In this document: one piece after another, positions 42,731 through 57,600 of the stretch
How the letters are laid out: each line of letters opens with the position of its first letter
How positions within the stretch are numbered: the first letter of the stretch is position 1
Assembly: GCA_964016885.1 (NCBI GenBank)
Contig: OZ024758.1
Location: 33,728,001 to 33,792,000 of the forward strand
Direction: 5' to 3'
DNA from: Eledone cirrhosa
Taxonomy: Eukaryota
DNA length: 64,000 nucleotides
The notes under the pieces: generated by a model
What the model was told of the DNA's origin: nothing
Databases searched by the model: none
What the model saw: the letters and a program-made list of their open reading frames with translations, nothing else
Position numbers and translations under genes: made by a program

Positions 42731-45700
42731 AGTTCATGGTACTAGCTGTCAGAAGTAACTCCAATGTTGGTGAGAATTCATTTAAGTTCATGGAATTAGC
42801 TGTCAGAAGGAACTCCACTGTTGGTGAGAATTCATTTAAGTTCATGGTACTAGCTGTCAGAAGTAACTCCACTGTTGGTGAGAATTCATTTAAGTTCATG
42901 GTATTAGCTGTCAGAAGTAACTCCACTGTTGGTGAGAATTCATTTAAGTCATGGTATTAGCTGTCAGAAGTAACTCCATTGTTGGTGAGAATTCATTTAA
43001 GTCATGGTACTAGCTGTCAGAAGTAACTCCACTGTTGGTGTGAATTCATTTAAGTTCATGGTATTAGCTGACAGAAGGAACTCCACTGTTGGTGAGAATT
43101 CATTTAAGTTCATGGTACTAGCTGTCAGAAGTAACTACAATGTTGGTGAGAATTCATTTAAGTTCATGGTATTAGCTGTCAGAAGTAACTCCACTGTTGG
43201 TGAGAATTGATTTAAGTCATGGTATTAGCTGTCAGAAGTAACTCCAATGTTGGTGAGAATTCATTTAAGTTCATGGTATTAGCTGTCAGAAGTAACTCCA
43301 CTGTTGGTGAGAATTCATTTAAGTTCATGGTATTAGCTGTCAGAAGTAACTCCAATGTTGGTGAGAATTCATTTATGTCATGGTATTAGTTGTCAGAAGT
43401 AACTCCAATGTTGGTGAGAATTCATTTAAGTTCATGGTACTAGCTGTCAGAAGTAACTCCACTGTTGGTGAGAATTCATTTAAGTTCATGGTATTAGCTG
43501 TCAGAAGTAACTCCACTGTTGGTGTGAATTCATTTAAGTCATGGTATTAGCTGTCAGAAGTAACTCCATTGTTGGTGAGAATTCATTTAAGTCATGGTAC
43601 TAGCTGTCAGAAGTAACTCCACTGTTGGTGAGAATTCATTTAAGTTCATGGTATTAGCAGTCAGAAGGAACTCCACTGTTGGTGAGAATTCATTTAAGTT
43701 CATGGTACTAGCTGTCAGAAGTAACTCCACTGTTGGTGAGAATTCATTTAAGTTCATGGTATTAGTTTGTCAGAAGTAACTCCACTGTTGGTGAGAATTC
43801 ATTTAAGTTCATGGTATTAGCTGTCAGAAGTAACTCCACTGTTGGTGAGAATTCATTTAAGTTCATGGTATTAGCTGTCAGAAGTAACTCCACTGTTGGT
43901 GAGAATTCATTTAAGTTCATGGTATTAGCTGTCAGAAGTAACTGCACTGTTGGTGAGAATTCATTTAAGTTCATGGTATTAGCTGTCAGAAGGAACGCCG
44001 CTGTTTGTGAGAATTCATTTAAGTTCATGGTATTAGCTGTCAGAAGTAACTCCACTGTTGGTGAGAATTCATTTAAGTTCATGGTACTAGCTGTCAGAAG
44101 TAACTCCAATGTTGGTGAGAATTCATTTAAGTTCATGGTATTAGCTGTCAGAAGGAACTCCACTGTTGGTGAGAATTCATTTAAGTTCATGGTATTAGCT
44201 GTCAGAAGGAACTCCAATGTTTGTGAGAATTCATTTAAGTTCATGGTATTAGCTGTCAGAAGTAACTCCACTGTTGGTGAGAATTCATTTAAGTCATGGT
44301 ATTAGTTGTCAGAAGTAACTCCACTGTTGGTGAGAATTCATTTAAGTTCATGGTATTAGCTGTCAGAAGTAACTCCACTGTTGGTGAGAATTCATTTAAG
44401 TTCATGGTACTAGCTGTCAGAAGTAACTCCACTGTTGGTGAGAATTCATTTAAGTTCATGGTATTAGCTGTCAGAAGTAACTCAACTGTTGGTGAGAATT
44501 CATTTAAGTTCATGGTACTAGCTGTCAGAAGTAACTCCACTGTTGGTGAGAATTCATTTAAGTTCATGGTATTAGCTGTCAGAAGGAACGCCACTGTTTG
44601 TGAGAATTCATTTAAGTTCATGGTACTAGCTGTCAGAAGTAACTCCAATGTTGGTGAGAATTCATTTAAGTTCATGGTATTAGCTGTCAGAAGTAACTCC
44701 ACTGTTGGTGAGAATTCATTTAAGTTCATGGTACTAGCTGTCAGAAGTAACTCCAATGTTGGTGAGAATTCATTTAAGTTCATGGTATTAGCTGTCAGAA
44801 GGAACTCCACTGTTGGTGAGAATTCATTTAAGTTCATGGTATTAGCTGTCAGAAGGAACTCCAATGTTTGTGAGAATTCATTTAAGTTCATGGTATTAGC
44901 TGTCAGAAGTAACTCCACTGTTGGTGAGAATTCATTTAAGTCATGGTATTAGTTGTCAGAAGTAACTCCAATGTTGGTGAGAATTCATTTAAGTTCATGG
45001 TATTAGCTGTCAGAAGTAACTCCACTGTTGGTGAGAATTCATTTAATTCATGGTATTAGCTGTCAGAAGGAACTCCAATGTTGGTGAGAATTCATTTAAG
45101 TCATGGTACTAGCTGTCAGAAGTAACTCCACTGTTGGTGAGAATTCATTTAAGTTCATGGTATTAGCTGTCAGAAGGAACGCCACTGTTGGTGAGAATTC
45201 ATTTAAGTTCATGGTATTAGTTGTCAGAAGTAACTCCACTGTTGGTGAGAATTCATTTAAGTTCATGGTACTAGCTGTCAGAAGTAACTCCAATGTTGGT
45301 GAGAATTCATTTAAGTTCATGGTATTAGCTGTCAGAAGTAACTCCACTGTTGGTGAGAATTCATTTAAGTTCATGGTATTAGCTGTCAGAAGTAACTCAA
45401 CTGTTGGTGAGAATTCTTATAAGTTCATGGTACTAGCTGTCAGAAGTAACTCCAATGTTGGTGAGAATTCATTTAAGTTCATGGTATTAGCTGTCAGAAG
45501 TAACTCCACTGTTGGTGAGAATTCATTTAAGTCATGGTATTAGCTGTCAGAAGTAACTCCAATGTTGGTGAGAATTCATTTAAGTTCATGGTATTAGCTG
45601 TCAGAAGTAACTCCACTGTTGGTGAGAATTCATTTAAGTTCATGGTATTAGCTGTCAGAAGTAACTCCACTGTTGGTGAGAATTCATTTAAGTTCATGGT

Positions 45701-47299
45701 ATTAGCTGTCAGAAGGAACTCCACTGTTGGTGAGAATTCATTTAAGTTCATGGTACTAGCTGTCAGAAGTAACTCCACTGTTGGTGAGAATTCATTTAAG
45801 TTCATGGTATTAGCTGTCAGAAGTAACTCCACTGTTGGTGAGAATTCATTTAAGTTCATGGTATTAGCTGTCAGAAGTAACTCCACTGTTGGTGAGAATT
45901 CATTTAAGTTCATGGTACTAGCTGTCAGAAGTAACTCCACTGTTGGTGAGAATTCATTTAAGTTCATGGTATTAGCTTGTCAGAAGTAACTCCACTGTTG
46001 GTGAGAATTCATTTAAGTCATGGTATTAGTTGTCAGAAGTAACTCCAATGTTGGTGAGAATTCATTTAAGTTCATGGTACTAGCTGTCAGAAGTAACTCC
46101 ACTGTTGGTGAGAATTCATTTAAGTTCATGGTATTAGCTGTCAGAAGTAACTCCACTGTTGGTGAGAATTCATTTAAGTTCATGGTACTAGCTGTCAGAA
46201 GTAACTCCACTGTTGGTGAGAATTCATTTAAGTTCATGGTACTAGCTGTCAGAAGTAACTCCACTGTTGGTGAGAATTCATTTAAGTTCATGGTATTAGC
46301 TGTCAGAAGTCACTCCAATGTTGGTGAGTTCATTTAAGTTCATGGTATTAGCTGTCAGAAGTCACTCCACTGTTGGTGAGAATTCATTTTAGTTCATGGT
46401 ACTAGCTGTCAGAAGTAACCCCAATGTTGGTGAGAATTCATTTAAGTTCATGGTATTAGCTGTCAGAAGTCACTCCAATGTTGGTTAGAATTCATTTAAG
46501 TTCATGGTATTAGCTGCCAGAAGTAACTCCACTGTTGGTGAGAATTCATTTAAGTTCATGGTATTAGCTGTCAGAAGTAACTCCACTGTTGGTGAGAATT
46601 CATTTAAGTTCATGGTATTAGCTGTCAGAAGTAACTCCACTGTTGGTGAGAATTCATTTAAGTTCATGGTATTAGCTGTCAGAAGGAACTCCAATGTTGG
46701 TGAGAATTCATTTAAGTCATGGTACTAGCTGTCAGAAGTAACTCCACTGTTGGTGAGAATTCATTTAAGTTCATGGTATTAGCTGTCAGAAGGAACGCCA
46801 CTGTTGGTGAGAATTCATTTAAGTTCATGGTATTAGCTGTCAGAAGTAACTCCACTGTTGGTGAGAATTCATTTAAGTTCATTTTACTAGCTGTCAGAAG
46901 TAACTCCAATGTTGGTGAGAATTCATTTAAGTTCATGGTATTAGCTGTCAGAAGGAACTCCACTGTTGGTGAGAATTCATTTAAGTTCATGGTATTAGCT
47001 GTCAGAAGTAACTCCACTGTTGGTGAGAATTCATTTAAGTTCATGGTACTAGTTGTCAGAAGTAACTCCACTGTTGGTGAGAATTCATTTAAGTTCATGG
47101 TATTAGTTGTCAGAAGTAACTCCACTGTTGGTGAGAATTCATTTAAGTCATGGTATTAGTTGTCAGAAGTAACTCCAATGTTGGTGAGAATTCATTTAAG
47201 TTCATGGTACTAGCTGTCAGAAGTAACTCCACTGTTGGTGAGAATTCATTTAAGTTCATGGTATTAGCTGTCAGAAGTAACTCCACTGTTGGTGAGAAT

Positions 47300-50200
47300 T
47301 CATTTAAGTTCATGGTATTAGCTGTCAGAAGTAACTCCACTGTTGGTGAGAATTCATTTAAGTTCATGGTATTAGCTGTCAGAAGTAACTCCACTGTTGG
47401 TGAGAATTCATTTAAGTTCATGGTATTAGCTGTCAGAAGGAACTCCAATGTTGGTGAGAATTCATTTAAGTCATGGTACTAGCTGTCAGAAGTAACTCCA
47501 CTGTTGGTGAGAATTCATTTAAGTTCATGGTATTAGCTGTCAGAAGGAACGCCACTGTTGGTGAGAATTCATTTAAGTTCATGGTATTAGCTGTCAGAAG
47601 TAACTCCACTGTTGGTGAGAATTCATTTAAGTTCATTTTACTAGCTGTCAGAAGTAACTCCAATGTTGGTGAGAATTCATTTAAGTTCATGGTATTAGCT
47701 GTCAGAAGGAACTCCACTGTTGGTGAGAATTCATTTAAGTTCATGGTACTAGTTGTCAGAAGGAACTCCACTGTTGGTGAGAATTCATTTAAGTTCATGG
47801 TATTAGTTGTTAGAAGTAACTCCACTGTTGCTGAGAATTCATTTAAGTCATGGTATTAGTTGTCAGAAGTAACTCCAATGTTGGTGAGAATTCATTTAAG
47901 TTCATGGTACTAGCTGTCAGAAGTAACTCCACTGTTGATGAGAATTCATTTAAGTTCATGGTATTAGCTGTCAGAAGTAACTCCACTGTTGGTGAGAATT
48001 CATTTAAGTCATGGTATTAGCTGTCAGAAGTAACTCCATTGTTGGTGAGAATTCATTTAAGTCATGGTACTAGCTGTCAGAAGTAACTCCACTGTTGGTG
48101 AGAATTCATTTAAGTTCATGGTATTAGCTGTCAGAAGGAACTCCACTGTTGGTGAGAATTCATTTAAGTTCATGGTACTAGCTGTCAGAAGTAACTCCAC
48201 TGTTGGTGAGAATTCATTTAAGTTCATGGTATTAGTTTGTCAGAAGTAACTCCACTGTTGGTGAGAATTCATTTAAGTTCATGGTATTAGCTGTCAGAAG
48301 TAACTCCACTGTTGGTGAGAATTCATTTAAGTCATGGTATTAGCTGTCAGAAGTAACTCCATTGTTGGTGAGAATTCATTTAAGTCATGGTACTAGCTGT
48401 CAGAAGTAACTCCACTGTTGGTGAGAATTCATTTAAGTTCATGGTACTAGCTGTCAGAAGTAACTCCACTGTTGGTGAGAATTCATTTAAGTTCATGGTA
48501 CTAGCTGTCAGAAGTAACTCCACTGTTGGTGAGAATTCATTTAAGTTCATGGTATTAGCTGTCAGAAGTCACTCCACTGTTGGTGAGAATTCATTTAAGT
48601 TCATGGTACTAGCTGTCAGAAGTAACCCCAATGTTGGTGAGAATTCATTTAAGTTCATGGTATTAGCTGTCAGAAGTCACTCCAATGTTGGTGAGAATTC
48701 ATTTAAGTTCATGGTATTAGCTGTCAGAAGTAACTCCACTGTTGGTGAGAATTCATTTAAGTTCATGGTATTAGCTGTCAGAAGTAACTCCACTGTTGGT
48801 GAGAATTCATTTAAGTTCATGGTATTAGCTGTCAGAAGTGACTCCACTGTTGGTGAGAATTCATTTAAGTTCATGGTATTAGCTGTCAGAAGTAACTCCA
48901 CTGTTGGTGAGAATTCATTTAAGTTCATGGTATTAGCTGTCAGAAGGAACTCCAATGTTGGTGAGAATTCATTTAAGTCATGGTACTAGCTGTCAGAAGT
49001 AACTCCACTGTTGGTGAGAATTCATTTAAGTTCATGGTATTAGCTGTCAGAAGGAACGCCACTGTTGGTGAGAATTCATTTAAGTTCATGGTATTAGCTG
49101 TCAGAAGTAACTCCACTGTTGGTGAGAATTCATTTAAGTTCATTTTACTAGCTGTCAGAAGTAACTCCAATGTTGGTGAGAATTCATTTAAGTTCATGGT
49201 ATTAGCTGTCAGAAGGAACTCCACTGTTGGTGAGAATTCATTTAAGTTCATGGTACTAGTTGTCAGAAGGAACTCCACTGTTGGTGAGAATTCATTTAAG
49301 TTCATGGTATTAGTTGTTAGAAGTAACTCCACTGTTGCTGAGAATTCATTTAAGTCATGGTATTAGTTGTCAGAAGTAACTCCAATGTTGGTGAGAATTC
49401 ATTTAAGTTCATGGTACTAGCTGTCAGAAGTAACTCCACTGTTGATGAGAATTCATTTAAGTTCATGGTATTAGCTGTCAGAAGTAACTCCACTGTTGGT
49501 GAGAATTCATTTAAGTCATGGTATTAGCTGTCAGAAGTAACTCCATTGTTGGTGAGAATTCATTTAAGTCATGGTACTAGCTGTCAGAAGTAACTCCACT
49601 GTTGGTGAGAATTCATTTAAGTTCATGGTATTAGCTGTCAGAAGGAACTCCACTGTTGGTGAGAATTCATTTAAGTTCATGGTACTAGCTGTCAGAAGTA
49701 ACTCCACTGTTGGTGAGAATTCATTTAAGTTCATGGTATTAGTTTGTCAGAAGTAACTCCACTGTTGGTGAGAATTCATTTAAGTTCATGGTATTAGCTG
49801 TCAGAAGTAACTCCACTGTTGGTGAGAATTCATTTAAGTCATGGTATTAGCTGTCAGAAGTAACTCCATTGTTGGTGAGAATTCATTTAAGTCATGGTAC
49901 TAGCTGTCAGAAGTAACTCCACTGTTGGTGAGAATTCATTTAAGTTCATGGTACTAGCTGTCAGAAGTAACTCCACTGTTGGTGAGAATTCATTTAAGTT
50001 CATGGTACTAGCTGTCAGAAGTAACTCCACTGTTGGTGAGAATTCATTTAAGTTCATGGTATTAGCTGTCAGAAGTCACTCCACTGTTGGTGAGAATTCA
50101 TTTAAGTTCATGGTACTAGCTGTCAGAAGTAACCCCAATGTTGGTGAGAATTCATTTAAGTTCATGGTATTAGCTGTCAGAAGTCACTCCAATGTTGGTG

Positions 50201-50400
50201 AGAATTCATTTAAGTTCATGGTATTAGCTGTCAGAAGTAACTCCACTGTTGGTGAGAATTCATTTAAGTTCATGGTATTAGCTGTCAGAAGTAACTCCAC
50301 TGTTGGTGAGAATTCATTTAAGTTCATGGTATTAGCTGTCAGAAGTGACTCCACTGTTGGTGAGAATTCATTTAAGTTCATGGTATTAGCTGTCAGAAGG
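47300..50400. repeat. 1507-bp (28-monomer) tandem duplication
   Basis: ORF starts 47473/48980, 48064/49571, 48387/49894; shared markers GTTGTTAGAAG and AGTGACTCCAC. Confidence 0.85.
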
Positions 50401-53400
50401 AACTCCAATGTTGGTGAGAATTCATTTAAGTCATGGTACTAGCTGTCAGAAGTAACTCCACTGTTGGTGAGAATTCATTTAAGTTCATGGTATTAGCTGT
50501 CAGAAGGAACGCCACTGTTGGTGAGAATTCATTTAAGTTCATGGTATTAGCTGTCAGAAGTAACTCCACTGTTGGTGAGAATTCATTTAAGTTCATGGTA
50601 CTAGCTGTCAGAAGTAACTCCAATGTTGGTGAGAATTCATTTAAGTTCATGGAATTAGCTGTCAGAAGGAACTCCACTGTTGGTGAGAATTCATTTAAGT
50701 TCATGGTATTAGCTGTCAGAAGTAACTCCACTGTTGGTGAGAATTCATTTAAGTTCATGGTACTAGTTGTCAGAAGTAACTCCACTGTTGGTGAGAATTC
50801 ATTTAAGTTCATGGTATTAGTTGTCAGAAGTAACTCCACTGTTGGTGAGAATTCATTTAAGTCATGGTATTAGTTGTCAGAAGGAACTCCACTGTTGGTG
50901 AGAATTCATTTAAGTTCATGGTACTAGCTGTCAGAAGTAACTCCACTGTTGGTGAGAATTCATTTAAGTTCATGTTATTAGCTGTCAGAAGTAACTCCAC
51001 TGTTGGTGAGAATTCATTTAAGTCATGGTATTAGCTGTCAGAAGTAACTCCATTGTTGGTGAGAATTCATTTAAGTCATGGTACTAGCTGTCAGAAGTAA
51101 CTCCACTGTTGGTGTGAATTCATTTAAGTTCATGGTATTAGCTGACAGAAGGAACTCCACTGTTGGTGAGAATTCATTTAAGTTCATGGTACTAGCTGTC
51201 AGAAGTAACTACAATGTTGGTGAGAATTCATTTAAGTTCATGGTATTAGCTGTCAGAAGTAACTCCACTGTTGGTGAGAATTGATTTAAGTCATGGTATT
51301 AGCTGTCAGAAGTAACTCCAATGTTGGTGAGAATTCATTTAAGTTCATGGTATTAGCTGTCAGAAGTAACTCCACTGTTGGTGAGAATTCATTTAAGTTC
51401 ATGGTATTAGCTGTCAGAAGTAACTCCAATGTTGGTGAGAATTCATTTATGTCATGGTATTAGTTGTCAGAAGTAACTCCAATGTTGGTGAGAATTCATT
51501 TAAGTTCATGGTACTAGCTGTCAGAAGTAACTCCACTGTTGGTGAGAATTCATTTAAGTTCATGGTATTAGCTGTCAGAAGTAACTCCACTGTTGGTGAG
51601 AATTCATTTAAGTCATGGTATTAGCTGTCAGAAGTAACTCCATTGTTGGTGAGAATTCATTTAAGTCATGGTACTAGCTGTCAGAAGTAACTCCACTGTT
51701 GGTGAGAATTCATTTAAGTTCATGGTATTAGCAGTCAGAAGGAACTCCACTGTTGGTGAGAATTCATTTAAGTTCATGGTACTAGCTCTCAGAAGTAACT
51801 CCACTGTTGGTGAGAATTCATTTAAGTTCATGGTATTAGTTTGTCAGAAGTAACTCCACTGTTGGTGAGAATTCATTTAAGTTCATGGTATTAGCTGTCA
51901 GAAGTAACTCCACTGTTGGTGAGAATTCATTTAAGTTCATGGTATTAGCTGTCAGAAGTAACTCCACTGTTGGTGAGAATTCATTTAAGTTCATGGTATT
52001 AGCTGTCAGAAGTAACTGCACTGTTGGTGAGAATTCATTTAAGTTCATGGTATTAGCTGTCAGAAGGAACGCCGCTGTTTGTGAGAATTCATTTAAGTTC
52101 ATGGTATTAGCTGTCAGAAGTAACTCCACTGTTGGTGAGAATTCATTTAAGTTCATGGTATTAGCTGTCAGAAGGAACTCCACTGTTGGTGAGAATTCAT
52201 TTAAGTTCATGGTACTAGCTGTCAGAAGTAACTCCACTGTTGGTGAGAATTCATTTAAGTTCATGGTATTAGTTTGTCAGAAGTAACTCCACTGTTGGTG
52301 AGAATTCATTTAAGTTCATGGTATTAGCTGTCAGAAGTAACTCCACTGTTGGTGAGAATTCATTTAAGTCATGGTATTAGCTGTCAGAAGTAACTCCATT
52401 GTTGGTGAGAATTCATTTAAGTCATGGTACTAGCTGTCAGAAGTAACTCCACTGTTGGTGAGAATTCATTTAAGTTCATGGTACTAGCTGTCAGAAGTAA
52501 CTCCACTGTTGGTGAGAATTCATTTAAGTTCATGGTACTAGCTGTCAGAAGTAACTCCACTGTTGGTGAGAATTCATTTAAGTTCATGGTATTAGCTGTC
52601 AGAAGTCACTCCACTGTTGGTGAGAATTCATTTAAGTTCATGGTACTAGCTGTCAGAAGTAAACCCAATGTTGGTGAGAATTCATTTAAGTTCATGGTAT
52701 TAGCTGTCAGAAGTCACTCCAATGTTGGTGAGAATTCATTTAAGTTCATGGTATTAGCTGTCAGAAGTAACTCCACTGTTGGTGAGAATTCATTTAAGTT
52801 CATGGTATTAGCTGTCAGAAGTAACTCCACTGTTGGTGAGAATTCATTTAAGTTCATGGTATTAGCTGTCAGAAGTAACTCCACTGTTGGTGAGAATTCA
52901 TTTAAGTTCATGGTATTAGCTGTCAGAAGGAACTCCAATGTTGGTGAGAATTCATTTAAGTCATGGTACTAGCTGTCAGAAGTAACTCCACTGTTGGTGA
53001 GAATTCATTTAAGTTCATGGTATTAGCTGTCAGAAGGAACGCCACTGTTGGTGAGAATTCATTTAAGTTCATGGTATTAGCTGTCAGAAGTAACTCCACT
53101 GTTGGTGAGAATTCATTTAAGTTCATGGTACTAGCTGTCAGAAGTAACTCCAATGTTGGTGAGAATTCATTTAAGTTCATGGAATTAGCTGTCAGAAGGA
53201 ACTCCACTGTTGGTGAGAATTCATTTAAGTTCATGGTATTAGCTGTCAGAAGTAACTCCACTGTTGGTGAGAATTCATTTAAGTTCATGGTACTAGTTGT
53301 CAGAAGTAACTCCACTGTTGGTGAGAATTCATTTAAGTTCATGGTATTAGTTGTCAGAAGTAACTCCACTGTTGGTGAGAATTCATTTAAGTCATGGTAT

Positions 53401-54670
53401 TAGTTGTCAGAAGGAACTCCACTGTTGGTGAGAATTCATTTAAGTTCATGGTACTAGCTGTCAGAAGTAACTCCACTGTTGGTGAGAATTCATTTAAGTT
53501 CATGGTATTAGCTGTCAGAAGTAACTCCACTGTTGGTGAGAATTCATTTAAGTCATGGTATTAGCTGTCAGAAGTAACTCCATTGTTGGTGAGAATTCAT
53601 TTAAGTCATGGTACTAGCTGTCAGAAGTAACTCCACTGTTGGTGTGAATTCATTTAAGTTCATGGTATTAGCTGACAGAAGGAACTCCACTGTTGGTGAG
53701 AATTCATTTAAGTTCATGGTACTAGCTGTCAGAAGTAACTCCAATGTTGGTGAGAATTCATTTAAGTTCATGGTATTAGCTGTCAGAAGTAACTCCACTG
53801 TTGGTGAGAATTGATTTAAGTCATGGTATTAGCTGTCAGAAGTAACTCCAATGTTGGTGAGAATTCATTTAAGTTCATGGTATTAGCTGTCAGAAGTAAC
53901 TCCACTGTTGGTGAGAATTCATTTAAGTTCATGGTATTAGCTGTCAGAAGTAACTCCAATGTTGGTGAGAATTCATTTATGTCATGGTATTAGTTGTCAG
54001 AAGTAACTCCAATGTTGGTGAGAATTCATTTAAGTTCATGGTACTAGCTGTCAGAAGTAACTCCACTGTTGGTGAGAATTCATTTAAGTTCATGGTATTA
54101 GCTGTCAGAAGTAACTCCACTGTTGGTGAGAATTCATTTAAGTCATGGTATTAGCTGTCAGAAGTAACTCCATTGTTGGTGAGAATTCATTTAAGTCATG
54201 GTACTAGCTGTCAGAAGTAACTCCACTGTTGGTGAGAATTCATTTAAGTTCATGGTATTAGCAGTCAGAAGGAACTCCACTGTTGGTGAGAATTCATTTA
54301 AGTTCATGGTACTAGCTGTCAGAAGTAACTCCACTGTTGGTGAGAATTCATTTAAGTTCATGGTATTAGTTTGTCAGAAGTAACTCCACTGTTGGTGAGA
54401 ATTCATTTAAGTTCATGGTATTAGCTGTCAGAAGTAACTCCACTGTTGGTGAGAATTCATTTAAGTTCATGGTATTAGCTGTCAGAAGTAACTCCACTGT
54501 TGGTGAGAATTCATTTAAGTTCATGGTATTAGCTGTCAGAAGTAACTGCACTGTTGGTGAGAATTCATTTAAGTTCATGGTATTAGCTGTCAGAAGGAAC
54601 GCCGCTGTTTGTGAGAATTCATTTAAGTTCATGGTATTAGCTGTCAGAAGTAACTCCACTGTTGGTGAGA
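49570..54670. repeat. 2530-bp (47-monomer) periodicity, about 2 copies
   Basis: ORF starts 49894/52424, 50433/52963, 51078/53608, 51668/54198, 51885/54415. Confidence 0.85.
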
Positions 54671-57600
54671 ATTCATTTAAGTTCATGGTACTAGCTGTCA
54701 GAAGTAACTCCAATGTTGGTGAGAATTCATTTAAGTTCATGGTATTAGCTGTCAGAAGGAACTCCACTGTTGGTGAGAATTCATTTAAGTTCATGGTATT
54801 AGCTGTCAGAAGGAACTCCAATGTTTGTGAGAATTCATTTAAGTTCATGGTATTAGCTGTCAGAAGTAACTCCACTGTTGGTGAGAATTCATTTAAGTCA
54901 TGGTAATAGTTGTCAGAAGTAACTCCACTGTTGGTGAGAATTCATTTAAGTTCATGGTATTAGCTGTCAGAAGTAACTCCACTGTTGGTGAGAATTCATT
55001 TAAGTTCATGGTACTAGCTGTCAGAAGTAACTCCACTGTTGGTGAGAATTCATTTAAGTTCATGGTATTAGCTGTCAGAAGTAACTGAACTGTTGGTGAG
55101 AATTCATTTAAGTTCATGGTACTAGCTGTCAGAAGTAACTCCACTGTTGGTGAGAATTCATTTAAGTTCATGGTATTAGCTGTCAGAAGGAACGCCACTG
55201 TTTGTGAGAATTCATTTAAGTTCATGGTACTAGCTGTCAGAAGTAACTCCAATGTTGGTGAGAATTCATTTAAGTTCATGGTATTAGCTGTCAGAAGTAA
55301 CTCCACTGTTGGTGAGAATTCATTTAAGTTCATGGTACTAGCTGTCAGAAGTAACTCCAATGTTGGTGAGAATTCATTTAAGTTCATGGTATTAGCTGTC
55401 AGAAGGAACTCCACTGTTGGTGAGAATTCATTTAAGTTCATGGTATTAGCTGTCAGAAGGAACTCCAATGTTTGTGAGAATTCATTTAAGTTCATGGTAT
55501 TAGCTGTCAGAAGTAACTCCACTGTTGGTGAGAATTCATTTAAGTCATGGTATTAGTTGTCAGAAGTAACTCCAATGTTGGTGAGAATTCATTTAAGTTC
55601 ATGGTATTAGCTGTCAGAAGTAACTCCACTGTTGGTGAGAATTCATTTAATTCATGGTATTAGCTGTCAGAAGGAACTCCAATGTTGGTGAGAATTCATT
55701 TAAGTCATGGTACTAGCTGTCAGAAGTAACTCCACTGTTGGTGAGAATTCATTTAAGTTCATGGTATTAGCTGTCAGAAGGAACGCCACTGTTGGTGAGA
55801 ATTCATTTAAGTTCATGGTATTAGCTGTCAGAAGTAACTCCACTGTTGGTGAGAATTCATTTAAGTTCATGGTACTAGCTGTCAGAAGTAACTCCAATGT
55901 TGGTGAGAATTCATTTAAGTTCATGGTATTAGCTGTCAGAAGTAACTCCACTGTTGGTGAGAATTCATTTAAGTTCATGGTATTAGCTGTCAGAAGTAAC
56001 TCAACTGTTGGTGAGAATTCTTATAAGTTCATGGTACTAGCTGTCAGAAGTAACTCCACTGTTGGTGAGAATTCATTTAAGTCATGGTATTAGCTGTCAG
56101 AAGTAACTCCATTGTTGGTGAGAATTCATTTAAGTGATGGTACTAGCTGTCAGAAGTAACTCCACTGTTGGTGAGAATTCATTTAAGTTCATGGTACTAG
56201 CTGTCAGAAGTAACTCCACTGTTGGTGAGAATTCATTTAAGTTCATGGTACTAGCTGTCAGAAGTAACTCCACTGTTGGTGAGAATTCATTTAAGTTCAT
56301 GGTATTAGCTGTCAGAAGTCACTCCACTGTTGGTGAGAATTCATTTAAGTTCATGGTACTAGCTGTCAGAAGTAAACCCAATGTTGGTGAGAATTCATTT
56401 AAGTTCATGGTATTAGCTGTCAGAAGTCACTCCAATGTTGGTGAGAATTCATTTAAGTTCATGGTATTAGCTGTCAGAAGTAACTCCACTGTTGGTGAGA
56501 ATTCATTTAAGTTCATGGTATTAGCTGTCAGAATTAACTCCACTGTTGGTGAGAATTCATTTAAGTTCATGGTATTAGCTGTCAGAAGTAACTCCACTGT
56601 TGGTGAGAATTCATTTAAGTTCATGGTATTAGCTGTCAGAAGGAACTCCAATGTTGGTGAGAATTCATTTAAGTCATGGTACTAGCTGTCAGAAGTAACT
56701 CCACTGTTGGTGAGAATTCATTTAAGTTCATGGTATTAGCTGTCAGAAGGAACGCCACTGTTGGTGAGAATTCATTTAAGTTCATGGTATTAGCTGTCAG
56801 AAGTAACTCCACTGTTGGTGAGAATTCATTTAAGTTCATGGTACTAGCTGTCAGAAGTAACTCCAATGTTGGTGAGAATTCATTTAAGTTCATGGAATTA
56901 GCTGTCAGAAGGAACTCCACTGTTGGTGAGAATTCATTTAAGTTCATGGTATTAGCTGTCAGAAGTAACTCCACTGTTGGTGAGAATTCATTTAAGTTCA
57001 TGGTACTAGTTGTCAGAAGTAACTCCACTGTTGGTGAGAATTCATTTAAGTTCATGGTATTAGTTGTCAGAAGTAACTCCACTGTTGGTGAGAATTCATT
57101 TAAGTCATGGTATTAGTTGTCAGAAGGAACTCCACTGTTGGTGAGAATTCATTTAAGTTCATGGTACTAGCTGTCAGAAGTAACTCCACTGTTGGTGAGA
57201 ATTCATTTAAGTTCATGGTATTAGCTGTCAGAAGTAACTCCACTGTTGGTGAGAATTCATTTAAGTCATGGTATTAGCTGTCAGAAGTAACTCCATTGTT
57301 GGTGAGAATTCATTTAAGTCATGGTACTAGCTGTCAGAAGTAACTCCACTGTTGGTGTGAATTCATTTAAGTTCATGGTATTAGCTGACAGAAGGAACTC
57401 CACTGTTGGTGAGAATTCATTTAAGTTCATGGTACTAGCTGTCAGAAGTAACTCCAATGTTGGTGAGAATTCATTTAAGTTCATGGTATTAGCTGTCAGA
57501 AGTAACTCCACTGTTGGTGAGAATTGATTTAAGTCATGGTATTAGCTGTCAGAAGTAACTCCAATGTTGGTGAGAATTCATTTAAGTTCATGGTATTAGC

